This document shows, one piece after another, positions 11,914-24,912 of a stretch of 64,000 nucleotides of DNA. The stretch is from positions 8,058 through 72,057 of the forward strand of contig NYXK01000235.1 of NCBI GenBank assembly GCA_002685535.1, in the 5' to 3' direction. The translations under genes and the position numbers were made by a program. Position 1 is the first letter of the stretch. Every line of letters starts with the position of its first letter. Under the pieces are notes generated by a model. It was given only the letters and a program-made list of their open reading frames with translations, searched no databases and was not told the DNA's origin. Source of the DNA: Deltaproteobacteria bacterium (GTDB lineage Bacteria > SAR324 > NAC60-12).

Positions 11914-12522
11914 TGGGTGCTGAGTATTTGTTCCCGACTCCTATTAGCAAACATCCCTGTGCAATGGTTCCACTAAAGACGGCAACAAGAAGTATAGAGT
12001 AGAAATATTGAATTATGCGAGGTTTCGTGCCGCCCCATTCCTTGGATTTTCTTTCTCTCCACCCTCAGATATACTGCAAGGATTATAGCTTGCTTCCAAA
12101 TCTGCTTCCAGACAATTGGATATCGAAAGATCCTATCGACCGTCTGTGAAACCTAGTATCGTGTATCGTATGTGGCCTCGCTTAAGGCATTCCCTTGACC
12201 CGGAGTCAGTTGTCAGCCAGTCAAAGTCAAAGTAGCCTTCCGCTCCGCCGGACAACAAAATTTTACAAAGGGCTCCTTTGCACAGAAGAGAGACGGGAAC
12301 AATGCTTCTGCACCCAGTAGGTGAGTGACTTACCAAGATGTTGCCTGGATCTTGCGCACAAAACGTGCTTGAGGCTCACCGCTGCGGCTATTTCGTCATC
12401 GGATTTTGTTTTTAAACAAGACCTTGCTCTCCTACAAAGCTGGCAACGATTAGAACATATCAGTCCTTTTCATTCTCTCATTTCCAATAACAATTTGAAT
12501 CTCTCAATACTAAAATTATAGC

Positions 12523-13932
12523 ATGGAAAGGTGTTCATCAGGCAATGTTCGGCAGGAGGGTACAAGCCTGGTACCTTACTCTTTTGGTATGGTATCACTT
12601 CCGCTTGAGCCTGGAATCGAAGCAATACCTATACATATTATCGAGCATATTCGACACCTTAGTCAGTTCTCGCCGCTTGAGGTCTACCAGTGGATGAATA
12701 TCTGGCGAAAGTCTCAGGGTCAGTCGCTTCTCTTGCCTTCACTCTCAAACCACAGCTGATATTTGCTAGCTCGCCTTGACGAAAATATCAACATTGGTCA
12801 CAGTCACTTTCTGAGACCAATGAGTCACGCCAAGAATGAGCGAAGACTTGTGGGTCATGAATTCTACGAAAATATTAGTCTCGCCTCGGATCGGCAGGGG
12901 ATGTTAAGCGTTGATGATTCACCCCAGTCTGAACAATCCAAAGTCTCTACGCCTGTCGTAACAGAGCACAAAGCGTTATCGGGCACGGTCAAATTTGCAA
13001 AATCGAGCATACCATGTTGCAAAGGTCTACCAGAGATCTACGCCTGCCTGTTCTGCCAAAAGACATTTGGCCGCAAAGGGGACTGGAAAAGGCATGAAGG
13101 TACTCTCCACGAACTTCAGAAAGAATGGCGATGCAGAGAATCAGGGTGTAACCGAAGATTCCTTGCTCGCAATAAGTTCCGGCGCCATCACGAGAGTGAT
13201 CATGGATGCGACGACTGTAGGCACGATTCAGATCCAGCCATTATGACCTCGATACAGACGGCATCCGCCTGGGGCTGCGGCTTCTGCGTAACGGTGCTAT
13301 TGACATGGGATGAGAGAGTCAATCATATTGGGAACCACTTCGAATCTGGAAGCAAACGACGGGAGTGGGACTTCTCGACTGTTGTTCGGAGCTTGCTGCT
13401 TCAGCCTGGTACTCGTGAAGCCTGGCAGACTCTGCTCGTGAGGAAGCATGGCCCGTTAAGTGCGAATTGGCCGCTTTTTGAATGGCGTGTCAACTCTTGT
13501 CACGAGCTTTTGAGAGCTTTAAGAGGTTTGATGCCAGTGTTAGATACGGCCAGGACTGTCCATCTAGCGTACCTACTTGGTAAGCCAACAGAGTTTCTTC
13601 TCGAGCCAGAAATGACTGCTCCTGGGCCCTTTGAGAATGAGCCCTTGGATTCGGCAATGTGTCACGATGTGCGCTCTGTGGAGGTTGCGCCATTTGATGT
13701 ATTCGCCCCGAGTCCAATAAGCGAAACCTTCAAGGTGCAGACGACTCCTTCAACATGCAGTGACACGCCAGCGGATGCGTCACTACACAATCAAAGCAGT
13801 TTGGCCGAACGTGTCAATTTTGACGAGTACTTCACGGCACCGAATGATTACATGGCACCTTGTCCCGAGACATTTCAGCCAACTGCTTGGTCTATGTGGC
13901 CAGATCCTCTGGATCCATTCAAATGTCCGTAG
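12523..13932 (+). CDS. C2H2 zinc-finger protein (putative transcription factor)
   Basis: Exon 1 is 12523..12718 (MERCSSGNVRQEG...WRKSQ). Intron 12719..12769 has a GTCAGT donor, GCTGAT branch and TAG acceptor. Exon 2 is 12770..13932. Fingers: CLFCQKTFGRKGDWKRHEGTLH, CRESGCNRRFLARNKFRRHHESDH and a third degenerate CGFCVTVLLTWDERVNHIGNH. Confidence 0.8.
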
Positions 13933-14389
13933 TTTTCGAGAGCTGACTGAAGGAGGAGCAAATTCTGGCTTAGATACAGGCAAGTACGTAATAAGATCCC
14001 CGGATTCTTGAAGCAGGGTGTAATCAATCCTACCAGCCCAGGTATATGGCAGCCTGAACGCCCTGTGAGTGCGCTGGACTTTAGCGGTCATAGCCTGTAA
14101 AGTTTGTTGTTTCGGTTAAGTGCGGGGTAATGTTTACTGCATCCAACCCGCATTTTAGCGATCCGTTGGTCATCGCACTTGGATTCCAGCCTTTCAGAAC
14201 ATCTCAAGCAAGACCGAGAGTAGTCAATACTACGGAGCTATTCCTACGTGCTTTTTGTGTCATGATTTGAATATAGGGGCTTCAGTGAAGCTTAAAGGTG
14301 AAAATTACATTCCACATGTTTGTGCGAGATTCCTGCGCATTTGCTTCCGTCAAATCACCTGCCGACATGTCCTTCTGCGTGTGGATTTA

Positions 14390-15754
14390 TTAGTCTAAGA
14401 GCGAGTACCCCAAGGCGCTCTTTGCACCTTCTAAAAGCGACTGATGTCCTTTGAATCCTTCAAGGGTCGACTCATCAAGTCTCGTGTCGCTTGCGTAGTC
14501 TGGAGGCGGACGACCAGCCAAGAATTCCTCCAGCTGACTCTTTACATATGCCTTGTTGGCTTTGGTAGTCGGACAAGCAGCAATGTAGACAACTGAGGCA
14601 TTCTCAGCTCCATTGTGCACAGCATCGACGGCGTGGCAGGTCTAGGGACATGTCAGTATCATGAAACAGAAGTGAATAGCTCTACGTACATCGGTATGCC
14701 ACCAAACTGTATCTCCGGGTTTCAAGGTAGGGATGTGGACAAGGCAGCTTTCCAGACGAAGATGAGGGTGAGAAGTTCGACTCAGCAGTTGACTTTGTGG
14801 TTTGAAAGTTCCAGGAAAGAAGGAGCTCTCAGCATCGAATGTCCATTTTGTCGCGTCCATAATATCATCCTCCGATTCTGGTGGTGCGAAGAATGGACGA
14901 AGAAGAACATATGCGATGGCCGTGGAGACATTTGGATACAGCATGATTGCACCTTCTCCAGCAGAAGCCCTCGTCAAGGCAGTCCAGCCTTGAAACGAAC
15001 GGAAGACAGTCGAATGCGCGATTCCAGGGAAAAGATACTGGTCTGCGGATTGGCGAATGTACAAGTCATAAGCATCGTGCGACCGAGGATTTCCAGCGAA
15101 GATGCTTGCATATGCTTTTCGATATGTCGGATCCGCCCAGCGACACAAGCTTCCAGCATCGATGTGTGGTCCCAGACCAAGGAAAGCCTGCTTCGGAGGT
15201 CTGTCTCGGACTCCATCAGAATATAGGAGCGGTTCAGGAGAGGTCTCGCCAGATTCGTCATGCCAGAGCTCGTTCATTTTTCGTTGGAGGCGGAGGTGAT
15301 TTGAGTGCGTACGAATAGCGATCTGGGTTGGAGAATTATAGAGCAGCAGCATCGATGGACTTTCTTTTGGCCAACCGTCAATTCGAGAACGGTTCTTGTC
15401 AACATACTGCCGAAGATTCTGATAATGGCTGCGAGCCTCTGATTCTGGGACAACACCTCGAACAACGAAAGACCCAACGCTCTTCAGTCTCGCCTTCTCA
15501 TCTGTGGTGAAGCCGTATTTCAGGATTTTTTCGATGGCGAATTCTGGTATCATATCACTTTTCTTGCTGGATATCTCGGAAGTGATGGACTCAAGGTCTT
15601 GGCAGACCTGTATCCAACTCGCACGAAGTGCTTGCTCACCATACTCGGCGATGATAGCTTTCTTGCATTCCAGAAAATCCGGATCTCCAGACTGAGCGCC
15701 TTTTCCTTGCACAAATTCTGGCCAGGCTGGCCATGTTTGGAGCTTTCCAGGCAT
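14390..15754 (-). CDS. DUF1479 family protein (YbiU-like, probable Fe(II)/2-oxoglutarate dioxygenase fold)
   Basis: ATG at 15754 (MPGKLQTWPAWPEFVQGKG). LGLGPHIDAGSLCRWADPTYRKAY, QGWTALT and KPGDTVWWHTD match the DUF1479 pattern as I remember it. Intron 14642..14689 (GTACGT donor, ACTGAC branch, TAG acceptor) joins WWHTD to TCHAVDAVHNGAENASVVYIAACP. Stop at 14390. Confidence 0.8.
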
Positions 15755-16362
15755 GTTGACTTCCCGAATGATATGATGATAAGACTTCAAGAGCAAGGAA
15801 AATGAGGAAGAAGGTGGGATGAGTGTCTCAAACCTGCTGTCAGCTTGCAGCGCTATATACGGGACGTTCAAAAGATGTACTGCCAGTTGCCAACATTTCC
15901 ACGAGCCAAGAGCCAAGGCATTAGGGGAAGAGCTTCAGGTCTTGGAGCCGACGATTCATTCAGAACTCGGGCAGGCTCGCCCGAGCTCGGTTGAGGTCGG
16001 GTGAGTTCCCCGCCAAGCATCTCCCACTTTTGAAGATCTACCAATCACGCCTCTGATTATTCTTTCTCATCTTCGACAATCCGACATATCGAGGTATGTC
16101 TTGTTATCGGCACCGTACCAAGCATCCGAAATGGATTACAGATCAGGATCTAGTGAGGCATTGACCTTGAAGGCTGATAAGCCTACCCACTTTCCCCAAG
16201 TACGCCTTGACCAGAATCTTATTTGCACAGATAAACAGATGGATGCCGGCGGTCTGCTATCGAGTCAAGGAACATATAAGTCGATATCTACATCCTTTCT
16301 TTGAACACCAGACAGTCTTGTAACTCGTTACCTTTTCCAAATTTTGACCATCTGTTTCAACC

Positions 16363-18158
16363 ATGTCCACATTCCAGAGACAATATGTCTCCAAGCTCGT
16401 TCCGAGCAACACGAAAATCCTCACAACTGTCGTCATTGCAGTCGCCGTGGTGAATTCTGCTGTAAGATCGGAATGATGTCTCCACTTCAGACGTCGATGC
16501 TGACAGGTTTTATAGACTCTAGGTTATGACTCCTCGGTTATGAACGGTCTCCAAATTCTCCCATCATACACGGAATACTTTCATCTGACTGTGGCAACCA
16601 CTGGTCTCAACAATGCTGCCTCATGGATGGGAGCTATCTTAGCTACTCCAATGTTGCAATTCTTACCAGATAAGTTCGGCCGGAAGCAAGCTATCGTAGC
16701 TTCTGCTGTCGTCTGCATCATCGGCATCATCCTCCAAGCTGCCGCACAAAATATTGCCATGTTCGTTATTGCTCGAATCATCGTTGGACTAGGAGCTACT
16801 TTCTCAAGCGGCGCTGCACCTGCCTTGATCTCGGAACTTATGCCGGCTGTCACTCGAGGACGGATTCTTGGATTCTTCTTCTCCTGCTTCTATGTTGGGA
16901 GTTTGGCTTCTGCTATCATCAACTACGGCAGTCAGAACATTCAGTCAACCTGGTCTTGGAGATTGCCATCTCTACTTCAGTTGATCCCCAGTATTATGGC
17001 ACTTTGCCTCTTGCCATTCATTCCCGAGTCTCCTCGATGGTTGGTTGCGAACGGACAACCTGAGCACGCGCTGGAAGTCTTGGTCGTTACGCAGGGCAAC
17101 TCGGATCCAAACTCGGAGACAGCAAATGACACATTTGCAGAGATCCAGAATGCATTGACTGCGGAGAAGGCCCTGTTCAAACAAAATCCCTGGATCGAGA
17201 TTGTCTCAACAGTGCCAAATCGAAAGCGTCTTGCTATCCTGTGCACGTTTGGTGTCATGATCAATTCTTTTGGCAACTTCGTCGTCTCGTGAGTAAAGTC
17301 TTTCTTCTTGCATATATCCCTCATCAACAGCATACTGATAGCAATCCTAGATACTACTTGGGGAAGATCCTGGATCAAGCAGGTATCACCAAGACAAAGA
17401 CACAAACACAAATCAACGTCATTCTGAGCTGCTGGTCATTCGCAGTTGCACTGATCGGAAGTTGGTCGCTTGACTACATTGGACGTCGTAAACAAGCCCT
17501 TATTTGTATTGCGGGTATGATCACTTGCCTTTACATCATCGGTGGGATGATCAAAGGTAACGTATCTTCCAATTCCCAATTCGATCCGCAACATGCTAAT
17601 TTAATCCAGTATTCGGCACGAGCACCAACACATCCGGCATCTATGGCACAATTGCGTTTATCTTCTTCTTCCAGGGCTTCTACGCCTTTTCTATCACCCC
17701 TCTTACCAGCGTCTACCCGAGTGAAGTATCTCAGTACAAGCTTCGTATGACTGGGATTGCAATCTTCCGACTGCTTGACAGTGGTTTCGGGTAAGTCCAA
17801 CACATTTTGATAACCTCAATGTGTTACTTCATACCTCTTGCAGGTCGAGACTGACCATTTGACCAGACTGTTGGCCTCTTTCGCCCTCTCCTATGCTATG
17901 GCAGACCTAGGCTGGAAGTTCTACATGATCAACGCATCCTACAATATCCTCTTCTTCGCCATTATCTACTTTCTTTGGGTCGAGACAAATGGTCTTACAC
18001 TGGAGGAGATCGCTCTGAAATTTGAAGGTGAAGTTGCTCTGATGGCTGGGAGAGAAATCATCAACGCCGAGTCGGAGACCTCAGAGACTGACAGCAAGCG
18101 AGGCTCCACAGTGGGGATGGAAAGTAAGCAAGCGGCAGTGAACCTGAAGGAAGCGTAA
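16363..18158 (+). CDS. MFS sugar porter (hexose/lactose-permease-like transporter)
   Basis: Five exons: 16363..16461, 16516..17288, 17351..17556, 17610..17790 and 17867..18158. Motifs: TLGYDSSVMNGL, FGRKQAI, PESPRWL, and YPSEVSQYKLRMTG followed by WVETNGLTLEEI. All introns have GT..AG ends with CTGAC/CTAAT branches and keep the frame. Confidence 0.9.
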
Positions 18159-19221
18159 AGAAGGTGTAAAAACGAAGCCGGATAAGTCCGAAGAGAGACT
18201 TTCAGACTTGTTAATCACTAGAATGCGCGTGAAGTAGGTTTTATCTGCTCAAGCTGTTGTTCTGGATCATGGGGTTGGAAGGTAAAACGAAGGTAATCCA
18301 TAAAATTATTTCCCAACATTATGAGCACTGTTCACCTCCTAGCTGGCGTTCTTCAGTTCCTATAAGCTAACCCCTCATTCCTTCCCAAATTACCATTGAT
18401 GGACCAACAACGCTCCTTCCACTTCTATGTATCCACGAGCATGTTGTATATCATGGTCGTATTAAAAGGAGCCAACTCGCAACGCTGCCCTGGCCAAGCT
18501 GTCTTGAAAGGTAGTTTTTGAGCAACGCGCTATTCTTCAACATTTTAAACTCTGCAGCTGAGTCTGACTGGTCCAATGTCTTGTAATTCCGACATAGGTT
18601 GTCTCTAGGCTTCGTGTGCTGAATAGTTGTTATGAATGTTCACGTATCGCGACAATCGTTCTGACAACTTATCGCTTCCTGAAATCTACTCCAAATTCCC
18701 CAGTAGTTCATCTGCCGCCAAACTCTTCGAAACTCCTCACCCTTACAGCGGCTATGATTCATCCACCTTTCAGACATTTCCCCCTTGCCTTCACAATCAG
18801 CTTCTAACCCCTTCCAAATTTTCCGTTCCGAGACCCAAATCTTCAGCGTCTCATCTCAATTTCCACGACGGCAGTATTTTCGCAAACCCAACAGCGCCCC
18901 TATCAACCCTTCACCGCCACCGACAGAATTGGGAGACATACGGTGCGTTTATTCAGCGCGACGTGCCGTCCTGTAAGGATTCGGAGCGTATATGCTGTGA
19001 AGCGGCGCGCCTATCAGACATGTCTCGGACTTCGCCTCTGGGGGACGGTGAAGTTCGAGATGACTGAAAATGAATGGTGCGCTGACGCGCCACCATCAAT
19101 TTTAGCGGTAAAGTAAGAAGCGTGACAAACTTCATTAGGATAGTATGCGCTGAATGGGAGAACAATAACATGATTCGAGAGGCAGTGAAAAAAGTGTGTA
19201 AACATTATTCAATGTTTCCGT

Positions 19222-20491
19222 CTAGACAGGGACTTCGTATGCTACCGTCTCTGCTCCGCTATCGGTTGCCTCATTGCCCGTCAGGCCACTTGCATCAGAC
19301 TCGTCTTCCGTATTCTCGAATCCCTCAGCTATAGCAGCAGGAACTTCAGATGAATCCACTACTTGCAATACCCTTTCACTTCCATCTTCAACGGCGGGCT
19401 CTGTCGCACTGGGCTCATCACTCTCCTCAGCGTCAGTAGGTCCGAATTCCCAGCTCTCACCCGAACGGCGCTGGACCAACTCCTCTCCATATGCTGGATC
19501 GCTGCTATGACTATGCTTTTGTCCAGAGCCAAACCCATTGATAGGTAATATCAGAATATCACTAAACAGCTTCGGCTCTTTCAGACCCTGAACCTCACTC
19601 CACTCGACTTTCCTGCCCATCGCATTATTCAGACCCTCCATCATAGCATCAGTAAATGCACCGGGCCCGGTCACCTCCAAGACCTCCTCCTCTGCGATAT
19701 ATAGATCCGCGAGATCAGTATCTTCAATACTCGCTAGATATTGAAAGTGGTAAACCACTCTTGCAACGATTGCCTCGAAAATGGGGTGTCGAGGCTTAGC
19801 CATCATCGTCCTCTGGGAGAATTTGACTGGACGGCCAGATGTGGACGTACTGTCATCGTACTCGATGCCAATGACCGCGTTGATAAACTGTTCGTCGAAG
19901 CTGACAGGGATCCATTCGTTGATGGGGTTGATACAGGTAGTGTCCACGTCGCTGTAGACTCCTCCCTTTGCCAGCATAGTGAGGTATCGTACAAGTTCTG
20001 TATGTAGGACCGGGACATCAAGGTCACGCCAAAATCTGAGGAGTGTTGGCTGATCTTGGAAGTTGTCTTCGACGAAGAGTGTGTTGGTATCATCTAAAGC
20101 TGTCAGTACTATGTGGGCATACATAAGTGGAATAGGGATCCATGCCCGTCAATAATTCATAATTCCACTCTTCGTTTATCGAAATCCAAGTCTCGGTCTG
20201 TTCAGCCCATTCTTCTTTCATGGGCTGACTTGCACTCTGCCAAATCTTCTTCGGAAATTCCTTCGAATGATCTGGCTCAGGAACGGCTGTTGATATCATC
20301 CCATTGTCAGGACTCGTTGAAACATCGACACCAGTGTAGGTAGGAAGTGATACAGGACTTTGAGGGATGTAGAATAGAGCAAGTAGAATAAAGGCTGGTA
20401 GAAGAAGAAAAATTGCCTTTCTACGCAGCGAATTGGCAGCGTGAATATACACCAGACCGAAAGTCGATTTTTCGCTCTCTCCTACTGTCAT
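19222..20491 (-). CDS. Glycosyltransferase family 32, Och1/Hoc1-like alpha-1,6-mannosyltransferase, type II membrane protein with acidic C-terminal tail
   Basis: ATG at 20491 (MTVGESEKS), TM anchor AIFLLLPAFILLALFYI. KIWQSA...WNYELLT is joined to DDTNTLFVEDNF only by removing 20094..20145. RFWRDLDVPVLHTELVRYLTMLAKGGVYSDVDT carries the DXD motif. The tail is Glu/Asp/Ser-rich. Confidence 0.8.
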
Positions 20492-21992
20492 CTTGGCTGC
20501 TTGCTTCAAGATTGAGACTGTCGCCTGTCTAAGATCAGGAACCAGAAAGAGATTATCATTTGATAATGTATAAGAACCCACTCAACCTACATTGGCTGAA
20601 GGAAAAGGAGACATTCCCCATCCAAGAACGAAAGCAATAATGCGTACACTATTCAGCCCCCTTCCCACCTCCATATCTGCCACATACGCAGGAACCAGAA
20701 ACAACTCAGCCCAGCTCAATCCAAAATGCCTCCTGAAGATAAGAAGCAAATAGCATCTGGTCGAGATTGCCTCCATACCCAGAACAAGAAGATTGGCACA
20801 CGACCAGCACAGCAGCCACACGCGACTTTCTACCCAATGCAGATGCCAATCCCAACAAGCAGTCTTAAATGCAACAATCCCCTGGATTTCCGGCTGACTG
20901 CATGCATGGAATACTATTTACCATCCTATGCCGTGTGCCCACGTCTTCCCGCGTCAAAGCAAAGCAATGCAGTGCAGTGTTGCTCATCTCATGCAGGTAC
21001 CGATCATCCCGCAACAATAATAAAAGTGACTTTGCACTCCTTGATCCCAGCACAATAACTAAATGTTTTGATACTATTAGTGGCGTGGGGGCGTCCCGAA
21101 AGCCTGGGATGTATTTTTGTTCCGCCAGAGGTAATCGGATGTTTTATTTTTCAGCTGGCGTTTGATGCTTGTCGCTGGCTGGTTAGCAGCAGGGCTTAGC
21201 GTCCCTCGCTCCCGTGAATATCGTAAAAGCGGCCATCCACGGGAGCGAGGTTGTTTTCCTTCAGGGGTCTTCGCTTATGGGCTTGGCGTAGGAGCTGTTC
21301 GTTTTTCTTGTGGCTTGTGTCGCGTGCCCTTTGGCTTGGTGCACATTTTTGTTTTCCCGCTTATCTTTGAATCTTGGGATTGTGAAGCATGAATTATCGA
21401 GTTCTAGATCTTAGGTGGATCTGATTATGGGTTGAATAGATGATCGGTCAAAGACCTGGATAGGGGTAAAGTCTGATAGTCTTTTGGCGAGCAGCTCCCG
21501 GAGTCGTCGAGGGCCTGTCCGTCGTGGGAGTCCTAACTTCTCAAGGACGTGAATATCGTTTTTCTTGCGATAGGTAGGTTCAACGCTCTCTTCCCCTTTG
21601 ATTTTCCCTAGAGATAGGATTCCATTTCGTGATAGTAACTTTGAAAAACATCCGCAAGTGATGGCTTCTATCATCCAGCCGAGTAATGCATCTTCTGCCT
21701 CTACTTTGGCTTGTGTTCTAAACGAGCCGTTCCTTCTCATACCCCTAACTGCGCTATTGAGTGCGCCTGTATTTGGCGGCAAGCAAAGTTTAGTAGTGCA
21801 GCCTCTACAAGTTATGAAGAGATTTTGCGAGCGTAGATCGAGATGATTAAACAATGCGGCAACCAATTGGAAAGATCAACCCGCTCGAAAATCAGTGCTG
21901 CCGGTGAGGAACCGGTATACTCCTTAGCTGATCGTCCACAGTGATCCCTTCGGGTCAGAGTGCAGAAGGCGATGAGCGTCGGCCATCTTTGT

Positions 21993-22014
21993 GGGGGGGG
22001 GCGGGGGGGCAGGG
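21993..22014. repeat. G-run G9-C-G7-CA-GGG (potential G-quadruplex-forming tract)
   Basis: Read directly: gggggggggcgggggggcaggg. Confidence 0.8.
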
Positions 22015-22412
22015 TTGAACATGGATGAAGAGCAAAAGTGAGCGCGATGCACAATAGGGGCTTTGATTGTATGTCAATTTTCAGGGACCGCAACAGGTGA
22101 GTTGGAGTAGAATCAGAAATGCAATGCGTGCTCATGATGTAACGCTGACCTCATGTGGCAACCTGCAATCCAACAGGCATCGGTCTCCACTGGCAGAAAA
22201 TGGACTTGAACATAGAAACAGGCTGATGTTTTCAATACTTCTGTCTACTATTTATTTACGTGACCCGTCTATGTACCCTTCATACGTCCAACTTCTATCA
22301 TAAAGCCTCTAAATCTATACAGGGAAAGCACCACATAGATCGCAATGCAATAAATCAACCCCAAGCTATCTATGTAGGAATCTCGCCCCCCAAAAAAGAA
22401 AAGACATGAACC

Positions 22413-24912
22413 TCAAATCTCAAATTGACTCGCTTCCGGTAACATCTCTTCGAGAAGCCTCATCATCACCCTCCTGACATCTGCCACTGCCTGCTCCTCT
22501 TCGGTACTGACATCATCATTCAAACAGAGCTGTCCGACTGTCCCCCTCTTCTTAATCAGTCTCTTGAATAGCACATTCTCCACCTGTTCCGCATCCGTAA
22601 TCATCACGAAGTACGCATCTGGTTCTACGATCACGTACTGGTATTTCCACAGCGCCTTGATGACCACCTCCCTCATGGGAGCCTGCTCCTCCTTATTCGG
22701 CAGCAGAGGTGAAAGCCCAGCTTCGACACGGTTGAGCAAGAGTTTCAAAAGGCAGTCTCCGCACTTCGGATGCTGGCGCGCAACACGGTCGAAGATCGAC
22801 GCACTGCTGAAAACGTGGTTCGTGTGTTTCTCATCAGAAGACTGGGAGGAGAAGCCTGGCGCGAGGCATTCGTTAACATTAAATTCAAAACATTCGATAT
22901 CCTTGATAGCAGCAGGACCATCTAGAGACGTCCACTGGACATCGATGTTGACTTTGGGAGGTTCGAGGCCAGCTTCTTCCAGTGATTCGCTCATGTGGTA
23001 GAACATGCGCTTCCGAAAACCAGGTTCCCCCTCGCGGGCCATGCCCTCTTCGAGCTCATCCATAATGGTTTGACGTTCGGTCCATCCGAGATTACCGTTA
23101 TCATTGACGTCGCTGCGGAGCATGATGTAACTCCACAGCAGTGCCTCGCGCTGGCGTTCCATCGTGTAGTGGAACGTCACGTACCACGAATACAGCTGGA
23201 ATCCTGTCTCGCCTCGGAATCTCTGACAGTTGCTCTGTCCAGCTGGGCGTGGGAAGGAACTGATGGCTTCGCGCGTCACAGATCTTGAGATAGAATGTCC
23301 GAAGTGGATTTGACCTTTACGTTTGCGCTCACCGAAGCGCCGATTCAGGAGCCAAGAGGTGTAGATCAAGAAGGGCTTTTCGCCGAACCGGCGTGCATCG
23401 AGGTCTGTTGGAGGGTTCATTGTATTATAGGAATTGGATTTGAAGCCCATGGTGGGTCCAAAGAGGGGAGAGTAGATGTCGGATGCTGAGTGGTGTTTGC
23501 CGAGGAGCATGTCGTCGGAGAGGGCGAAGATCTGTTGGAATGTTAGATTGTGGGAGTTAAGGGAAGGAGTAGAGTGACCTACTCTATCAGTCTCGGACTC
23601 AGTATTGTAGATCTGGTTCTCAATAGTCAGAGAATTGAAAGCAGGCAAACAGCCTTTCTCGCTTTCATCAAAGAACTCTTCTTGTGAAAGAATTTGCACA
23701 GTTCGATTGGTCACCTCATCAGTATTCAACCACAAAGGCCTTTGCTTGCCCAAAATCTCGGCGGGGTCCTCAACGGTAGCTGTCTCTGCTTCAAGGGGAT
23801 TGGCGACCGAGTTGACGAGCAATTGAATCTTGTTCCGGAAGGTTGAGGCATATTTCTCGACGCTGCGGATTGAATACCGTAGCTCGTCCCAATCGCGGTA
23901 CCGGTTCACCCGATGCGATTCGAGCCAGAGTCCTTCGGGATCGTTAAGCGTCGAGTTCACTTCATATGGGTAGATGGTGGCCTGAAATTCGGTATCGGAA
24001 CCGTTGACCCCTATGGTTCCCGAGTCAGTTCCCATCTTGGATAAAATCCAATGTGGGATAGTCTTGAAATGGAGTCTTACATGTGTAGATGAAATCAATC
24101 TTAGTCTCGTTGAGCAGGCCGTACTTCTGAATATCCAGCTGCGCTTCAGAGAACCAAAGATCTTCCCACCCACTCAGTTTTACGTCGGCAACAGCGTCTT
24201 CGAATGGAATGTGTATTATATCCGGGAGAGCCTCTGCTCTCTCGCTCTGAGCCGCGTACTCAAAATAGGCTGGGAATCTTCTCTGTGCTCCAGAGTCTTC
24301 TGACCAAGATCGCGAGGTGTCGCTATCTATATCTGACTTTACAGCTGGCGAGCGGTGTTGATCGATGAGCTTTTGGGACGCTTCTTTGACCAGCAGCGGT
24401 GGATTGTGCGAGTCCGACCCTCCCTTGAGTGCCGGTTTGTCAGATGTTTTCTCATCGTCTGGCTGCTTGCTTGAAGCTTCATCATCAGCATTTTCGTTGG
24501 AGGCACCATTGTCCGCTGGAGTGTCCATTGGCGAGCGGTTTTCAGCATTTTCCGCATCGCTGGCTACGTTTGGTGCTAAATCGACAACATCGTACCTCTC
24601 ACCTGATTCACCAGATGTTGTTTCGATCGTGTCTTCTTGATCGCTGGAGGGACTTGCGGACATTTCAATGACGTTTGGGATAGTTACTGGTTCCTCCATA
24701 CGTTGCGGGATCTTCTCTTCTGGATATGTTATAGCAGCCCTCTCATCCACAACACTTTCGTCCACTTCAACAACGGCTCTCAAATACCGATGCCATACAA
24801 GGAGACATATGGCCAAAATGATCAGGACCCGGTAGCGGTTGAAAGGATTCCGCTTGAGAGTTAGATTCGAGGCTTTCCGCCATTGTGGTAATTTGGACTG
24901 CGATTTGTACAT
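22413..24912 (-). CDS. Stealth-family protein (CR1-CR4; GlcNAc-1-phosphotransferase/GNPTAB-like sugar-phosphate transferase) with N-terminal membrane anchor and an EF-hand-like loop
   Basis: ATG at 24912 (MYKSQSKLPQWRK), anchor YRVLIILAICLLVW. Removing intron 24011..24080 (GTAAGA...CTGAC...TAG) recreates CR1 IDFIYTWVNGSD. CR2 reads NRYRDWDELRYSIRSVEKYA, RPLWLNTD, LPAFNSLTIENQ. The in-frame 51-nt intron 23532..23582 (GTAGGT...CTAAC...CAG) precedes CR3 IFALSDDMLLGK. EF-hand loop DVNDNGNLGWTE at 23076..23111. The C-terminal region contains GQLCLNDDV. Confidence 0.85.

Noticed and set aside
20582-20821. 79-codon hydrophobic ORF immediately upstream of the GT32 gene, considered as an extra 5' exon
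   Set aside because: A GTAGGT...CTGAT...TAG intron can be drawn (about 20524-20585). The resulting frame hits a stop within about 30 codons and does not join the GT32 frame. The GT32 ATG at 20491 already gives a normal type-II N-terminus.
21411-22135. Minus-strand ORFs 21411..21866 and 21812..22135 as a possible gene
   Set aside because: There are no family motifs. The upstream ORF owes its openness to the poly-G/poly-C tract (PPRPPPQ). No consistent splice join was found. It is left unannotated rather than called.
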